From IMG/VR virus record IMGVR_UViG_3300042466_001057, positions 1-64,000 of that record: 64,000 nucleotides of DNA. One strand, 5' to 3'. This document shows, in pieces, positions 40,249-49,479 of this stretch. The notes under the pieces were generated by a model. That model ran no database searches, was not told where the DNA came from, and was given only the letters and a program-made list of their open reading frames with translations. Numbering within the stretch: the stretch's first letter is position 1; each line of letters opens with the position of its first letter. The translations under genes were made by a program, and so were the position numbers. This DNA is from an uncultured virus (IMG/VR IMGVR_UViG_3300042466_001057) (Duplodnaviria > Heunggongvirae > Uroviricota > Caudoviricetes).

Positions 40249-40602
40249 ATGGAATTTTTTATAAAACAAAACACAAGTTTACCCATTTTAAAAATGGATG
40301 TTATTAGAGACGGAAGAACCGACTCGTGGAAAAACTTTTATGAAATTTTGGATAATGCGAACATCCGATTCTCAATGAAAAGTGAAGACAACGGAATTCA
40401 AAAAATATTTATGCAACCGGCATACCTAACAGAAAAAGATAGAACAAATCCGGACTCACCAAGAGAATATTATATCTATTACAAATGGTCGGCAAGAGAC
40501 ACAAATAAAAAAGGAAGATTCATCGGAGAATTTTCGATTGTATTAGAAAACGGAGAGTTGATCGCACCAATAGTTTCAAATTTATATATCAACATCATTT
40601 GA
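40249..40602 (+). CDS. BppU-N-like virion beta-sandwich protein
   Basis: FIKQNTSLPIL...YYKW...DT...GRFIGEF pattern. Confidence 0.55.
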   Translation: MEFFIKQNTSLPILKMDVIRDGRTDSWKNFYEILDNANIRFSMKSEDNGIQKIFMQPAYLTEKDRTNPDSPREYYIYYKWSARDTNKKGRFIGEFSIVLENGELIAPIVSNLYINII

Positions 40603-40671
40603 CATTTTACCATTTAACCATTATTTATTAGGTAAGGGAAATCACAATATTTTTTGTGAGCATAATAACCC
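40599..40671 (+). promoter_or_regulatory. DNA polymerase promoter and leader hairpin
   Basis: TTGACA-N17-TATTTAT, followed by a TCACAA-N6-TTGTGA hairpin flanked by GGG/CCC. Confidence 0.45.
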
Positions 40672-40689
40672 AAACTTAAAATTATAGAT

Positions 40690-43590
40690 ATGGTTCCACA
40701 AGAAGAAATTGAGCGCTTTTTACACGGCGAAGACGACGAGAAATATATTGTCGCATTAGAATACGATTACAAATCAGATAAAATTTTCAAGGTAATACAA
40801 GATCCAATCAAAGGAAAACTTTTGAGGATGGATACATTCATCCCATTTGCTTGGGTTGGTGACCTTAGAACAAAAAACTTTTACAAAGGTAATAAAGACT
40901 TTCAAAAAAAGGCGATGTCTGAAAACGGCATCATCATAGAAAAATTAGAAGATAGGGGAGACGAAAGATTAAAAAATGGATTGACTTTCTTGGTCAAAAC
41001 AACAAAATCATATTCAAACCTTGTGAACTTTTTTAAGGGTGGTGGTTTAGATCCGTGGGGAAGAGACAACTCAGATTGTATAACAATACTATCACCGGTA
41101 GAGCAATACTTAATCCAAAAAAGTAAAAGACTATTCAAAGGATTTGATGAATATGATGAGATCCACAGGTTTGTATTCGATATTGAGACCACAGGTTTAG
41201 ATCCCAAGACAAGTAAAATGTTCTTGATTGGAATGAAAGACAACCGTGGCTTCTTAAAATTATTATCAGCACAAAACGAAGATGAAGAACGACAAATGAT
41301 CATTGAGTTTTTCAAAACCATTGACGAATTAAAGCCGTCACTTATCGGTGGTTACAACTCAGCATTCTTTGACTTTCCGTTTATTTTAAAACGTGCGGAA
41401 ATTTTAAAGTTAAACATTAAAAAAATATCAAAAACGTTAAAGGCAGATCAACCATTAAAACAAAAAGACGGAATTTTAAAGTTGGCAAATGAGATGGAAC
41501 CTTATGTTCAAACTCAAATGTGGGGGTATAATATTGTGGATATTGCTCATGCGGTTCGTAGAGCACAAGCAATTAATTCCGACATTAAGAGTTGGTCTTT
41601 GAAGTATATCACCAAATTTATTGAGGCAGAAAAAGAAAATCGTGTTTATGTTGAGGGAGATAAAATCGGAAAGATTTATTTTGACAATGAGGATTATTGG
41701 ATGAATAAAGAAAACGGCAACTATAAAAAAATAGGTATCAACGAAAAGATAGATGAAGTTTGTTCAAGGAGAACTGATATATATGTGAAAACTAACGGTT
41801 CAAAAATTATTGAGGACTACCTTGATGATGACCTTTATGAAACTATGATTGTTGACGAACAGTTCAATCAAGCTAACTTCTTACTTTCCAAACTGGTACC
41901 AACCACCTATGAACGACTCTCAACGATGGGTACTGCAACATTATGGAAAATGATTATGTGTTCGTGGTCTTATAAAAACAATTTGGCACTACCTAAAAAG
42001 AAAGAGAAAAGAAAATTTACAGGAGGTCTTTCTCGTTTGGTTCAGGTTGGTTACTCAAGGAAGGTATTAAAACTTGACTACTCGTCACTATACCCCTCCA
42101 TTCAGTTAGTTCACGACGTATTTCCTGCTTGTGATGTAACAGGAGCAATGAAAAGTATGTTAAAGTACTTTAGAGATACTCGTATAAAATATAAAAATTT
42201 AGCAAGTGAATTTAAAAAAACGGATCCGAAACTTTCAGTCTCATATGACAGAAAACAATTACCAATCAAAATCTTTATCAACGCATTCTTTGGATCTCTC
42301 TCAGCACCTCACGTATTTCCATGGGGAGACATTGACATGGGAGAACAGATTACGTGCACAGGAAGACAATATTTACGACAGATGATTATGTATTTTATGA
42401 CGAGAGGGTATGTCCCACTGGTGATGGATACGGATGGGGTCAACTTTGAGACCCCTGTAGATAGAGAAAACTATACCTATGTAGGTAAAGGACTTAACGG
42501 GTTAGTTAAGGAGGGTGAAACCTACGTAGGTGCTGAAGCCGATGTTGCAGAATACAATGATCTATTTATGAGAAACGAGATGGGTCTTGATATTGATGGT
42601 GTATGGCCTGCAACCATTAACGTGGCTCGTAAGAACTATGCACTACTCACAGATAAAGGTAAAGTTAAACTTACGGGTAACTCAATTAAATCTAAAAAAC
42701 TTCAAACGTATGTTGCAGAATTTTTAGATAAAGGGTTAAGAATGTTACTTGACGGTAAGGGTGGTGAGTTTTTAGATTTCTATTATGAGTATGTAAGTAA
42801 AATTTACAACAAAGAAATACCTTTAGCAAAAATGGCAAACAAGGCTCGTGTTAAACAATCAATTGACGATTATAAAGTACACATCACAAAAAAAACAATT
42901 TCGGGTAGTTTAATGTCAAGGCAGGCTCATATGGAACTTTTAATGAATGCTGGTAAAAAACCAGGTTTAGGTGATACTATTTATTATGTTAATAATGGTG
43001 AAAAGAAATCACACGGTGATGTTCAGAAAAAAACAACAAAGATGACTAAAAAACAAATCGAGGATTATACAAAAATTCACGGGGGCGTACCACCTGAAAT
43101 GTTATCAAAAAGTGAGGTTATCTTAAATTGTTATTTAATTGATGAAAAGGAAATAGAAAATAATCCTGACTTATTAGGTGATTATAACGTAGCAAGAGCG
43201 TTAGCAGCATTTAATAAAAGAATTGAACCCTTACTTGTGGTATATAACCCTGACATTAGAAAAGACATCTTAATTGAGAACCCAATATATCAACCAATCT
43301 TTACGAAGTCACAAACAGAATTAGGTCGCGGATATCCAATGAAAGAAAAGGATCAAGATAATTTAGATGAGGTCTTAACTTTATCTGATATGGAGATTGT
43401 ATTTTGGCAAACAGTGGGTATTGATCCATACTATATGTATATTGACAATACTTTGGATCTTGTTGAGAAAAGTAGAGTTGATCACAATAGAAAACTAATG
43501 TTGGAGAATAAAGTTAAAAAGTCAGTTGATGTTGATGACCTTTATGAATTTGATGAAGATGGGGATTTAATGTCTTTAGTTTTTGACTAA
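40690..43590 (+). CDS. polB: Family B DNA polymerase
   Basis: Exonuclease motifs DIETTG and YNSAFFD; polymerase motifs LDYSSLYPS, KIFINAFFG, DTDG and KNYA. Confidence 0.92.
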   Translation: MVPQEEIERFLHGEDDEKYIVALEYDYKSDKIFKVIQDPIKGKLLRMDTFIPFAWVGDLRTKNFYKGNKDFQKKAMSENGIIIEKLEDRGDERLKNGLTFLVKTTKSYSNLVNFFKGGGLDPWGRDNSDCITILSPVEQYLIQKSKRLFKGFDEYDEIHRFVFDIETTGLDPKTSKMFLIGMKDNRGFLKLLSAQNEDEERQMIIEFFKTIDELKPSLIGGYNSAFFDFPFILKRAEILKLNIKKISKTLKADQPLKQKDGILKLANEMEPYVQTQMWGYNIVDIAHAVRRAQAINSDIKSWSLKYITKFIEAEKENRVYVEGDKIGKIYFDNEDYWMNKENGNYKKIGINEKIDEVCSRRTDIYVKTNGSKIIEDYLDDDLYETMIVDEQFNQANFLLSKLVPTTYERLSTMGTATLWKMIMCSWSYKNNLALPKKKEKRKFTGGLSRLVQVGYSRKVLKLDYSSLYPSIQLVHDVFPACDVTGAMKSMLKYFRDTRIKYKNLASEFKKTDPKLSVSYDRKQLPIKIFINAFFGSLSAPHVFPWGDIDMGEQITCTGRQYLRQMIMYFMTRGYVPLVMDTDGVNFETPVDRENYTYVGKGLNGLVKEGETYVGAEADVAEYNDLFMRNEMGLDIDGVWPATINVARKNYALLTDKGKVKLTGNSIKSKKLQTYVAEFLDKGLRMLLDGKGGEFLDFYYEYVSKIYNKEIPLAKMANKARVKQSIDDYKVHITKKTISGSLMSRQAHMELLMNAGKKPGLGDTIYYVNNGEKKSHGDVQKKTTKMTKKQIEDYTKIHGGVPPEMLSKSEVILNCYLIDEKEIENNPDLLGDYNVARALAAFNKRIEPLLVVYNPDIRKDILIENPIYQPIFTKSQTELGRGYPMKEKDQDNLDEVLTLSDMEIVFWQTVGIDPYYMYIDNTLDLVEKSRVDHNRKLMLENKVKKSVDVDDLYEFDEDGDLMSLVFD

Positions 43591-43919
43591 GAGTTTTTTA
43601 GTCCGTCACTAGAAAGAATATACCAATGATCACCAATTTTTCTAAACTCCACACACGAACCTTTAGTTAATTCTACTTCATTGTATTCTTCGTCTATTAG
43701 GTCGTTAGATGAAACTAAAACATTTGTAAGTGCTTTTATCACGACGTGGTCGGTAGTTTTAGAGTCTAAAAATAAATTACATTTCTCAACCTCTTTTACC
43801 ACAATTGCCGACTCACCATTCGTTTTATATTCTTCGTTTGTAACGATAGATAACTCCGATGTTTTTATTTCAACGCCGTTTATAATTTTTTTTGAAGATA
43901 AACTTCTGAATATTGCCAT
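43587..43919 (-). CDS. Hypothetical small beta-rich protein
   Basis: 110-aa ORF downstream of the neck gene. Confidence 0.55.
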   Translation of the reverse strand: MAIFRSLSSKKIINGVEIKTSELSIVTNEEYKTNGESAIVVKEVEKCNLFLDSKTTDHVVIKALTNVLVSSNDLIDEEYNEVELTKGSCVEFRKIGDHWYILSSDGLKNS

Positions 43920-43926
43920 AAAAAAT

Positions 43927-45048
43927 TTATATAATAGTATACGGACTGTTAAAAGGTCTGAACTTTAATAACTTGTTTAAGTTTTCTGCCTGTAATGCTT
44001 TTGCCTCCATCATTTTATCTGGTCTCAATCTTTCAAGTCTTGTTTTAAGTTCTTCCCATAATAATGTTTTCTCATCTTTTGCTTCAGATTGAAGTGTTGT
44101 ATACTCCAAAGTTAACTCACTATCGGGAGTTTTAAGGTTACCACTATATTTACCTCTAACTCTTGCCAACGTTTCTTTACAATAAGCGGTAAACCATCTT
44201 CTAACCCAAGTTCTTGACGGGTTATTTAATTTATCCCATCGTAATCTTTCTAATGGAACATCTGAAGGTAATCGTACTACATCAGGGTTTTTAGATAAAC
44301 AATCTTCTCTATCGAAAGTATCATAATACCAATACCATACCTTATGGTCGTTTCTTTTCATATTACCAAAATCAAATTTACCTCCAGGTACATTGTAAAG
44401 GTGTATCGCTTTTTTACCTTCTGGTAGTGCGGTAACTCTATATGTTAAATCACCTGAAATAATTCTTCTTTTAATATTAATGTCCGACATTCTTAAAAGT
44501 ATGTCAGCAGCAGGAGTAATAAAATAGTTACCCGAAGTACCCATTTGTGAGAACCCCGCACCACCACCTAAACCAATTCCACCGAACCCACCGAACCCAC
44601 CCATAAAAGGGTCAAAATATGCTGCGTCTAACTCAGATCTTGAAAACCATAAAAGTTCGTTTAATTCTCTACCTGCAGGTATTTCGTATATTTGTTGGTT
44701 AGGAACCAAATCTATATAATCTTTTTTCAAAACGTAATCACCACCAGCCTGTAACCCTACGATCTTAGAATAGGAGTAAGTGTATTGCGTTTCCCAATCC
44801 AAACTTCTGGTTGTTAGTGCTCGTGTAACTGATTGCTCATCTAAATTTAGACCATACACTGAAGTCCATTGTGCTTCAATTAACCAATCTTGTATGTGTT
44901 GTTCGTAATCTTCGATTGATAACTCTAAAAGGGAATCTAATTGATCGTCATCAAGTTCAACAGAACGTAGTGGGGCACCTAATAGATTTTTAATCCTTCT
45001 ATAAAGTGCCTCTCTTTCAGGACCGGTAATTATAACAGTTGTTGCCAT
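43927..45048 (-). CDS. Neck protein (T4 gp13-like)
   Basis: LGAPLRSVELDDDQL start and a WVRRWFTAYCKETLARVRGKY C-terminal motif. Confidence 0.75.
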   Translation of the reverse strand: MATTVIITGPEREALYRRIKNLLGAPLRSVELDDDQLDSLLELSIEDYEQHIQDWLIEAQWTSVYGLNLDEQSVTRALTTRSLDWETQYTYSYSKIVGLQAGGDYVLKKDYIDLVPNQQIYEIPAGRELNELLWFSRSELDAAYFDPFMGGFGGFGGIGLGGGAGFSQMGTSGNYFITPAADILLRMSDINIKRRIISGDLTYRVTALPEGKKAIHLYNVPGGKFDFGNMKRNDHKVWYWYYDTFDREDCLSKNPDVVRLPSDVPLERLRWDKLNNPSRTWVRRWFTAYCKETLARVRGKYSGNLKTPDSELTLEYTTLQSEAKDEKTLLWEELKTRLERLRPDKMMEAKALQAENLNKLLKFRPFNSPYTII

Positions 45049-45077
45049 AGGTACTTATTTTATATATAAATATCTAA

Positions 45078-45794
45078 CTATTTTGATTTGTTTAATTCTA
45101 TTCTTGTTAGATATTGATCGTTCACAAATTCCCAATTTACAACCTTCCAAAAATTTTTAACATATTCGTCTCTTTTATTTTTGTATTTTAAATAGTAAGC
45201 GTGTTCCCATACGTCTAAACCTAAGATCGGATATCCCCTTTCTTTTTCTGTATTCATTAGGGGGTTGTCTTGATTTGCGGTGGAAACAATTTTTAATCTA
45301 TTGTTGTCGGTCAAGATTAACCAAACCCAACCAGATCCAAATCGACTTTTTGATTCCTCCTCAAACTTCTCTTTAAATTTTTCAAACGAACCAAAGTTTT
45401 TATCAATTTCTTTTTTAATCGGATCTTTAACTGTTTGTTTTTTTGGACTTAACATTTTCCAAAATAATGCGTGATTAAATGCCCCACCACCATTATTTTT
45501 AACTTTATTGTTAAACTTTGATATTTTTATTATAATTTCTTCTAAGTCTATATCCTTACCTTTAACCTTTTCTAACTCGGCGTTTAGTTTATCAACATAC
45601 CCTTTATAGTGTTTTGTGTAGTGAGTTTTCATCGTCTCAGAATCTACAAAAGTTGTTAAAGAATTATAATCGTATGGTAGTTTTTCCATACTTATTTTTT
45701 TTATTTCAGAAATAATTGATTCGTTTAAAAATGAGGTATGGTTTAATTTACTCTCGATTAAATCTATTCTTTGATTAATTTTTTTAAATATCAT
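45078..45794 (-). CDS. sod: Fe/Mn superoxide dismutase with an N-terminal extension
   Basis: LPYDY, HYTKHYKGYV, NNGGGAFNHALFW, FGSGWVWL, TANQDNP and LDVWEHAYY; start moved to the ATG 4 nt after TATTTAT. Confidence 0.92.
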   Translation of the reverse strand: MIFKKINQRIDLIESKLNHTSFLNESIISEIKKISMEKLPYDYNSLTTFVDSETMKTHYTKHYKGYVDKLNAELEKVKGKDIDLEEIIIKISKFNNKVKNNGGGAFNHALFWKMLSPKKQTVKDPIKKEIDKNFGSFEKFKEKFEEESKSRFGSGWVWLILTDNNRLKIVSTANQDNPLMNTEKERGYPILGLDVWEHAYYLKYKNKRDEYVKNFWKVVNWEFVNDQYLTRIELNKSK

Positions 45795-45805
45795 ACTAAT
45801 AAATA

Positions 45806-47572
45806 TCACCTACCATTAGAAATTATCTTTAACATTTCCTCTATCGAAGATGCCTCATCTAATAATAGATCATCCCCCATAACTGTGGATATTATTTTTT
45901 TCTTTCTATTTAAGATGTCGTATATCGCACCCTCTATTGTGTTTTCAAAAAGGGGATAGTAAACTGATGTTGAATTTTTTTGTCCAATTCTATGAGACCT
46001 ATCTTCTGCTTGAGCGTGTTCTGCCGGTACAAACGACAAATCATTCATAATAACCGCTTCGGCCGATGTTAAAGTAATACCAACACCCGCAGCTTTTAGG
46101 TTACCAATAAACACTTTAATTTTATCGTTTTCTTGAAAATCATCCACAGATTTTTGTCGATGAGGTTTTGAACAAGACCCATCTAAATAAACCGCACTTT
46201 TTCCAAAATGGTCATAAATTGTCCGTAACGTATCTGTAAAGTTTGTAAATATGATAACTTTTTTACCTTGTTCAATAATATTCTCAGCCAACTCAATAGT
46301 GTTTTTAACTTTTTCTTCGGCAATAACTTTTCTAACTTTCATTAATTTACCAAATTGGATGGTTAATGATCCGGATTCGTTAGGGTTTTTGTCGTACCAA
46401 TCATAGTATTCACCCATGAGTTCTTCATAGTCTTTAGACTTTAATCTTAAATAAACAGGTGTAATAATTTTATCGGGTAAATCTAAAACGTCTTCTTTTA
46501 GTCTCCTAAGAATGTGTGATTGCGTTCGTTCTCTTAGTTCATCTAAGTTTGATGCTCCCGTAACATTCCAAATTTTTCTATTACCCACAACGAATTGAAA
46601 CCCATTACAATATCTTTTTGCGTAAGCCATCCAATTTGCTGCGACAGGACTCTCAACTAAACTCAAAAGATTAAAATAGTTCATCGGTCTTGAGGTCATT
46701 GGTGTTCCCGTCAATAACCAAACCCTATCAATTTTATCACATAGATCATTAACAATTTTTGTTCTTTGTGCTTGGGGGTTTGATATCATATGAGCCTCAT
46801 CCATAATAACCAAATCAAATTTTGCATTTAAAATTGTTGATTCGTCTTTCTTTTTTGGATCGTGAAAGTTTTTTAAAATATCGTAATTAATTATTACAAA
46901 TTCGTGTTCATTTGAAAATTTCTTACCTTCTGCGATATAAACGGTTCTATCTGAATAGTTTTCAATTTCACGTTGCCAATTTATTTTTAAAGATGCGGGA
47001 CATACTATTAATATTTTTTTTATTTTTGTTTCAAGTGCGGCTATAATAGTACTGGTAGTCTTACCAAGACCCATATCATCAGCCAATATATATTTTTTGT
47101 TACCCACCAACTTAGTAATTGCTTCTTTTTGGTGTTCCATTGGAAGTCTATGGTTGTATTTGGTGTAATCAACAATAATGTTTTTCACTTCGTTATCTTT
47201 TATAAGTGCGGATTTTGGTAACCAAAAGTCGTGTACGGTGTCACCACTAAATATCTTACCCCATATATGATATGATTTATCTTTCTCAACCAAAAGTTTC
47301 TCAACATAAATCTCTGTCGGTTCTTTGGTATACATTTTTTCTTCCATCATTTTTTTACCAAAATACGAATCGAGTTTGACCCATTTTTTTGCGACCTTTG
47401 GTGTACGACCGTGAAAATTTATAATGTATTCCGCTTGAGACCTGGTAGGTGTAAACGATTTACTATTTTGTTTTTTGTGTTTTAAATTTAGGATATAGTT
47501 ATTTGATCCTTCATATTCGTCAAGTAATTGAAGTGACCGTGTTTCGGGAGTTCTTGAAATTAATTCTTCCAT
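45806..47572 (-). CDS. SNF2/SMARCAL1-like helicase/translocase
   Basis: LADDMGLGKT, DEAH, LTGTP, LRRLKEDV and QAEDRSHRIGQ; start moved to MEELISR. Confidence 0.9.
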   Translation of the reverse strand: MEELISRTPETRSLQLLDEYEGSNNYILNLKHKKQNSKSFTPTRSQAEYIINFHGRTPKVAKKWVKLDSYFGKKMMEEKMYTKEPTEIYVEKLLVEKDKSYHIWGKIFSGDTVHDFWLPKSALIKDNEVKNIIVDYTKYNHRLPMEHQKEAITKLVGNKKYILADDMGLGKTTSTIIAALETKIKKILIVCPASLKINWQREIENYSDRTVYIAEGKKFSNEHEFVIINYDILKNFHDPKKKDESTILNAKFDLVIMDEAHMISNPQAQRTKIVNDLCDKIDRVWLLTGTPMTSRPMNYFNLLSLVESPVAANWMAYAKRYCNGFQFVVGNRKIWNVTGASNLDELRERTQSHILRRLKEDVLDLPDKIITPVYLRLKSKDYEELMGEYYDWYDKNPNESGSLTIQFGKLMKVRKVIAEEKVKNTIELAENIIEQGKKVIIFTNFTDTLRTIYDHFGKSAVYLDGSCSKPHRQKSVDDFQENDKIKVFIGNLKAAGVGITLTSAEAVIMNDLSFVPAEHAQAEDRSHRIGQKNSTSVYYPLFENTIEGAIYDILNRKKKIISTVMGDDLLLDEASSIEEMLKIISNGR

Positions 47573-47630
47573 AATAATATAAATAAAAATACTAAACAAT
47601 AATAAATAATCAATCAATGTATTTATAGTT

Positions 47631-48146
47631 ATGGCACAGAATAAAGTCCCAATTACAAGGTTAAATAAGTTTTTTTCTGAAGAAGACTTTGATTTGGATA
47701 TTAATATGGGTGAGGAATGGTTACATGGGGACATGAATTTCACTTTAGTTTTATACAGAGTCGATAGACAAAGGACTGATAATGACGATGTGTATGGGGA
47801 GGCGTTAGAGGACTCGATACAATTTTTAGCTCCTGTCGAATTTAAAGGGTATGTTCAGGTGGAAGCACCTACAAATGTGGATTACGGTTCGTCAAAATTA
47901 TCACAAACAGAACCAGGTAATGTCAAAGTAGGGGTTTATCAAAAACAACTTGATGAGTTAGGTATTGATATTAATTATGGTGACTATATTGGTTACTATG
48001 AAACTGAAGATAGGGTAAGATATTATTCTGTAGTAAACGACGGTAGGGTTTTTACCGATAATAAACATACATATGGCGGGTATAAAAGATTTTATCGATC
48101 AATTATTGCATCACCTGTTAACGATAACGAATTTAAAGGTATCTAA
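47631..48146 (+). CDS. Neck/head-closure protein (gp14-like)
   Basis: DDVYGE...PVEFKG...GDYIGY pattern and its position at the start of the tail operon. Confidence 0.55.
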   Translation: MAQNKVPITRLNKFFSEEDFDLDINMGEEWLHGDMNFTLVLYRVDRQRTDNDDVYGEALEDSIQFLAPVEFKGYVQVEAPTNVDYGSSKLSQTEPGNVKVGVYQKQLDELGIDINYGDYIGYYETEDRVRYYSVVNDGRVFTDNKHTYGGYKRFYRSIIASPVNDNEFKGI

Positions 48147-49186
48147 TGGCTTTACCAAAAAAAATTAAAAAACACTTACCCCTTGTACCTGAAAAGGTGG
48201 GGAAAGAAAGAAGAGAAGAGTTATTGGATTTAATAACTAAAGATGGTACGTACCTACCTAAAGGGGTATTACATGCCGATTTGGACAGGGGGATTTTGGA
48301 TTTTGTTAAGGATAGGTTATCTTTGTCGGTGGATGGGAAAAAAGTACCATCAATAGACAAAATTATAACAAACCAAAACTGGGCTCAATTTACCACAACT
48401 TGGAATTTTAACGATCTAGATAAAAACGTTAAACTACCTTTTGTTACAACGGTAAGAATGCCTGAAGTTAAATACGGAACCTTACAAGGTGGTCTTGCAA
48501 ATATTCCAGAAAGAAGACACTTTCATTATTATACTGTTCCAACATGGGACGGTCAAAGAAAAGGTGCTGACGTTTATAAAATTCCACAACCCATTCCGGT
48601 TGATATAACATATAATATTAAATTATTTTGTAATAGAATGAGGGAATTGAATGAGTTTAATAAAATATTCATGCAGACTTTTACATCAAAACAAGCTTAT
48701 ATAAACGTAAAAGGACATTATCTACCGGTTATGATGGACGAAGTTTCTGACGAATCCTCTAAAGAATTAGAAAAAAGAAAATATTATATTGCCAATTATA
48801 AAATAACATTAAAGGGGTTGTTAATTGACGAAGAGGAATTCCAAGTTTCACCAGCAATTACAAGAGCACTTACAGTTATTGAGGTTGACACCAAAATTAG
48901 AAAAAGAAAGGCAAAAATAGAACCACCAAGAACAAATAATTTTAATTTAGATATTACTTTTTTAAGTGGGGTAACACAATTAAGCGAGGTATTTAACTAT
49001 ACTGCCGATATTGTAATCCAAAGTACAGACAACGTAACATCGTATTCCGTATACATAAATAATAATTATGTTGGTGACGATTTAAGTACAATACAAATAA
49101 CTACTAACGATACTTTAAAAATTATTGTGGTTAAAAATGATAATACAAAGACCTCTACGTTAAAGTCTGTGGCGTATTTGGTTTAA
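48146..49186 (+). CDS. Tail terminator / sheath stabiliser (gp15-like)
   Basis: LPF...IPQPIPVDITYNIKLF...ELNE pattern; lies directly before the sheath gene. Confidence 0.55.
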   Translation: MALPKKIKKHLPLVPEKVGKERREELLDLITKDGTYLPKGVLHADLDRGILDFVKDRLSLSVDGKKVPSIDKIITNQNWAQFTTTWNFNDLDKNVKLPFVTTVRMPEVKYGTLQGGLANIPERRHFHYYTVPTWDGQRKGADVYKIPQPIPVDITYNIKLFCNRMRELNEFNKIFMQTFTSKQAYINVKGHYLPVMMDEVSDESSKELEKRKYYIANYKITLKGLLIDEEEFQVSPAITRALTVIEVDTKIRKRKAKIEPPRTNNFNLDITFLSGVTQLSEVFNYTADIVIQSTDNVTSYSVYINNNYVGDDLSTIQITTNDTLKIIVVKNDNTKTSTLKSVAYLV

Positions 49187-49336
49187 TTATTCTCCGTATA
49201 TATCCTTTTCTTTTTGACAAGTTTTTAAAATTAACGTTTCTAAAAACTTATACAACTTTAATCCCTTTTCTTCGCAGTATTTTTTTAAAACGTCGTGAGA
49301 TTCTTCTGAAATCTTTATATTCTTTATTTTTTTCAT
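49187..49336 (-). CDS. Small ribbon-helix-helix-like DNA-binding protein
   Basis: 49 aa from the second ATG: KNIKISEESHDVLKKYCEEKGLKLYKFLETLI (strand-helix-G-helix). Confidence 0.6.
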   Translation of the reverse strand: MKKIKNIKISEESHDVLKKYCEEKGLKLYKFLETLILKTCQKEKDIYGE

Positions 49337-49352
49337 GTTAAGATAAATATTT

Positions 49353-49374
49353 AAAAAGGTAGAAAAAAGGTAGA
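49353..49374. repeat. 11-bp tandem direct repeat AAAAAGGTAGA x2 (candidate operator)
   Basis: Exact tandem copies at 49353-49363 and 49364-49374, between the divergent RHH and sheath promoters. Confidence 0.6.
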
Positions 49375-49479
49375 ATTTTTTCATACTATTAAATTTTTTA
49401 TTAAAAAACCTTATGTTTTTTGCATTTAATCAAGGTATTTATATATAAAATAAAACATTAAAAACAAAAACATTTAAAA

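Noticed and set aside
44560..44602. 9-bp CCACCGAAC repeats in the neck gene
   Set aside because: They simply encode a Gly-rich GGFGGFGG loop.
47573..47743. Apparent overlap of the helicase N-terminus with the divergent neck gene
   Set aside because: An artefact of longest-ORF calling. The ATG at 47572 with its own TATTTAT motif removes the overlap. Similar start corrections apply at 49336, 45794, 19995 and 52761.
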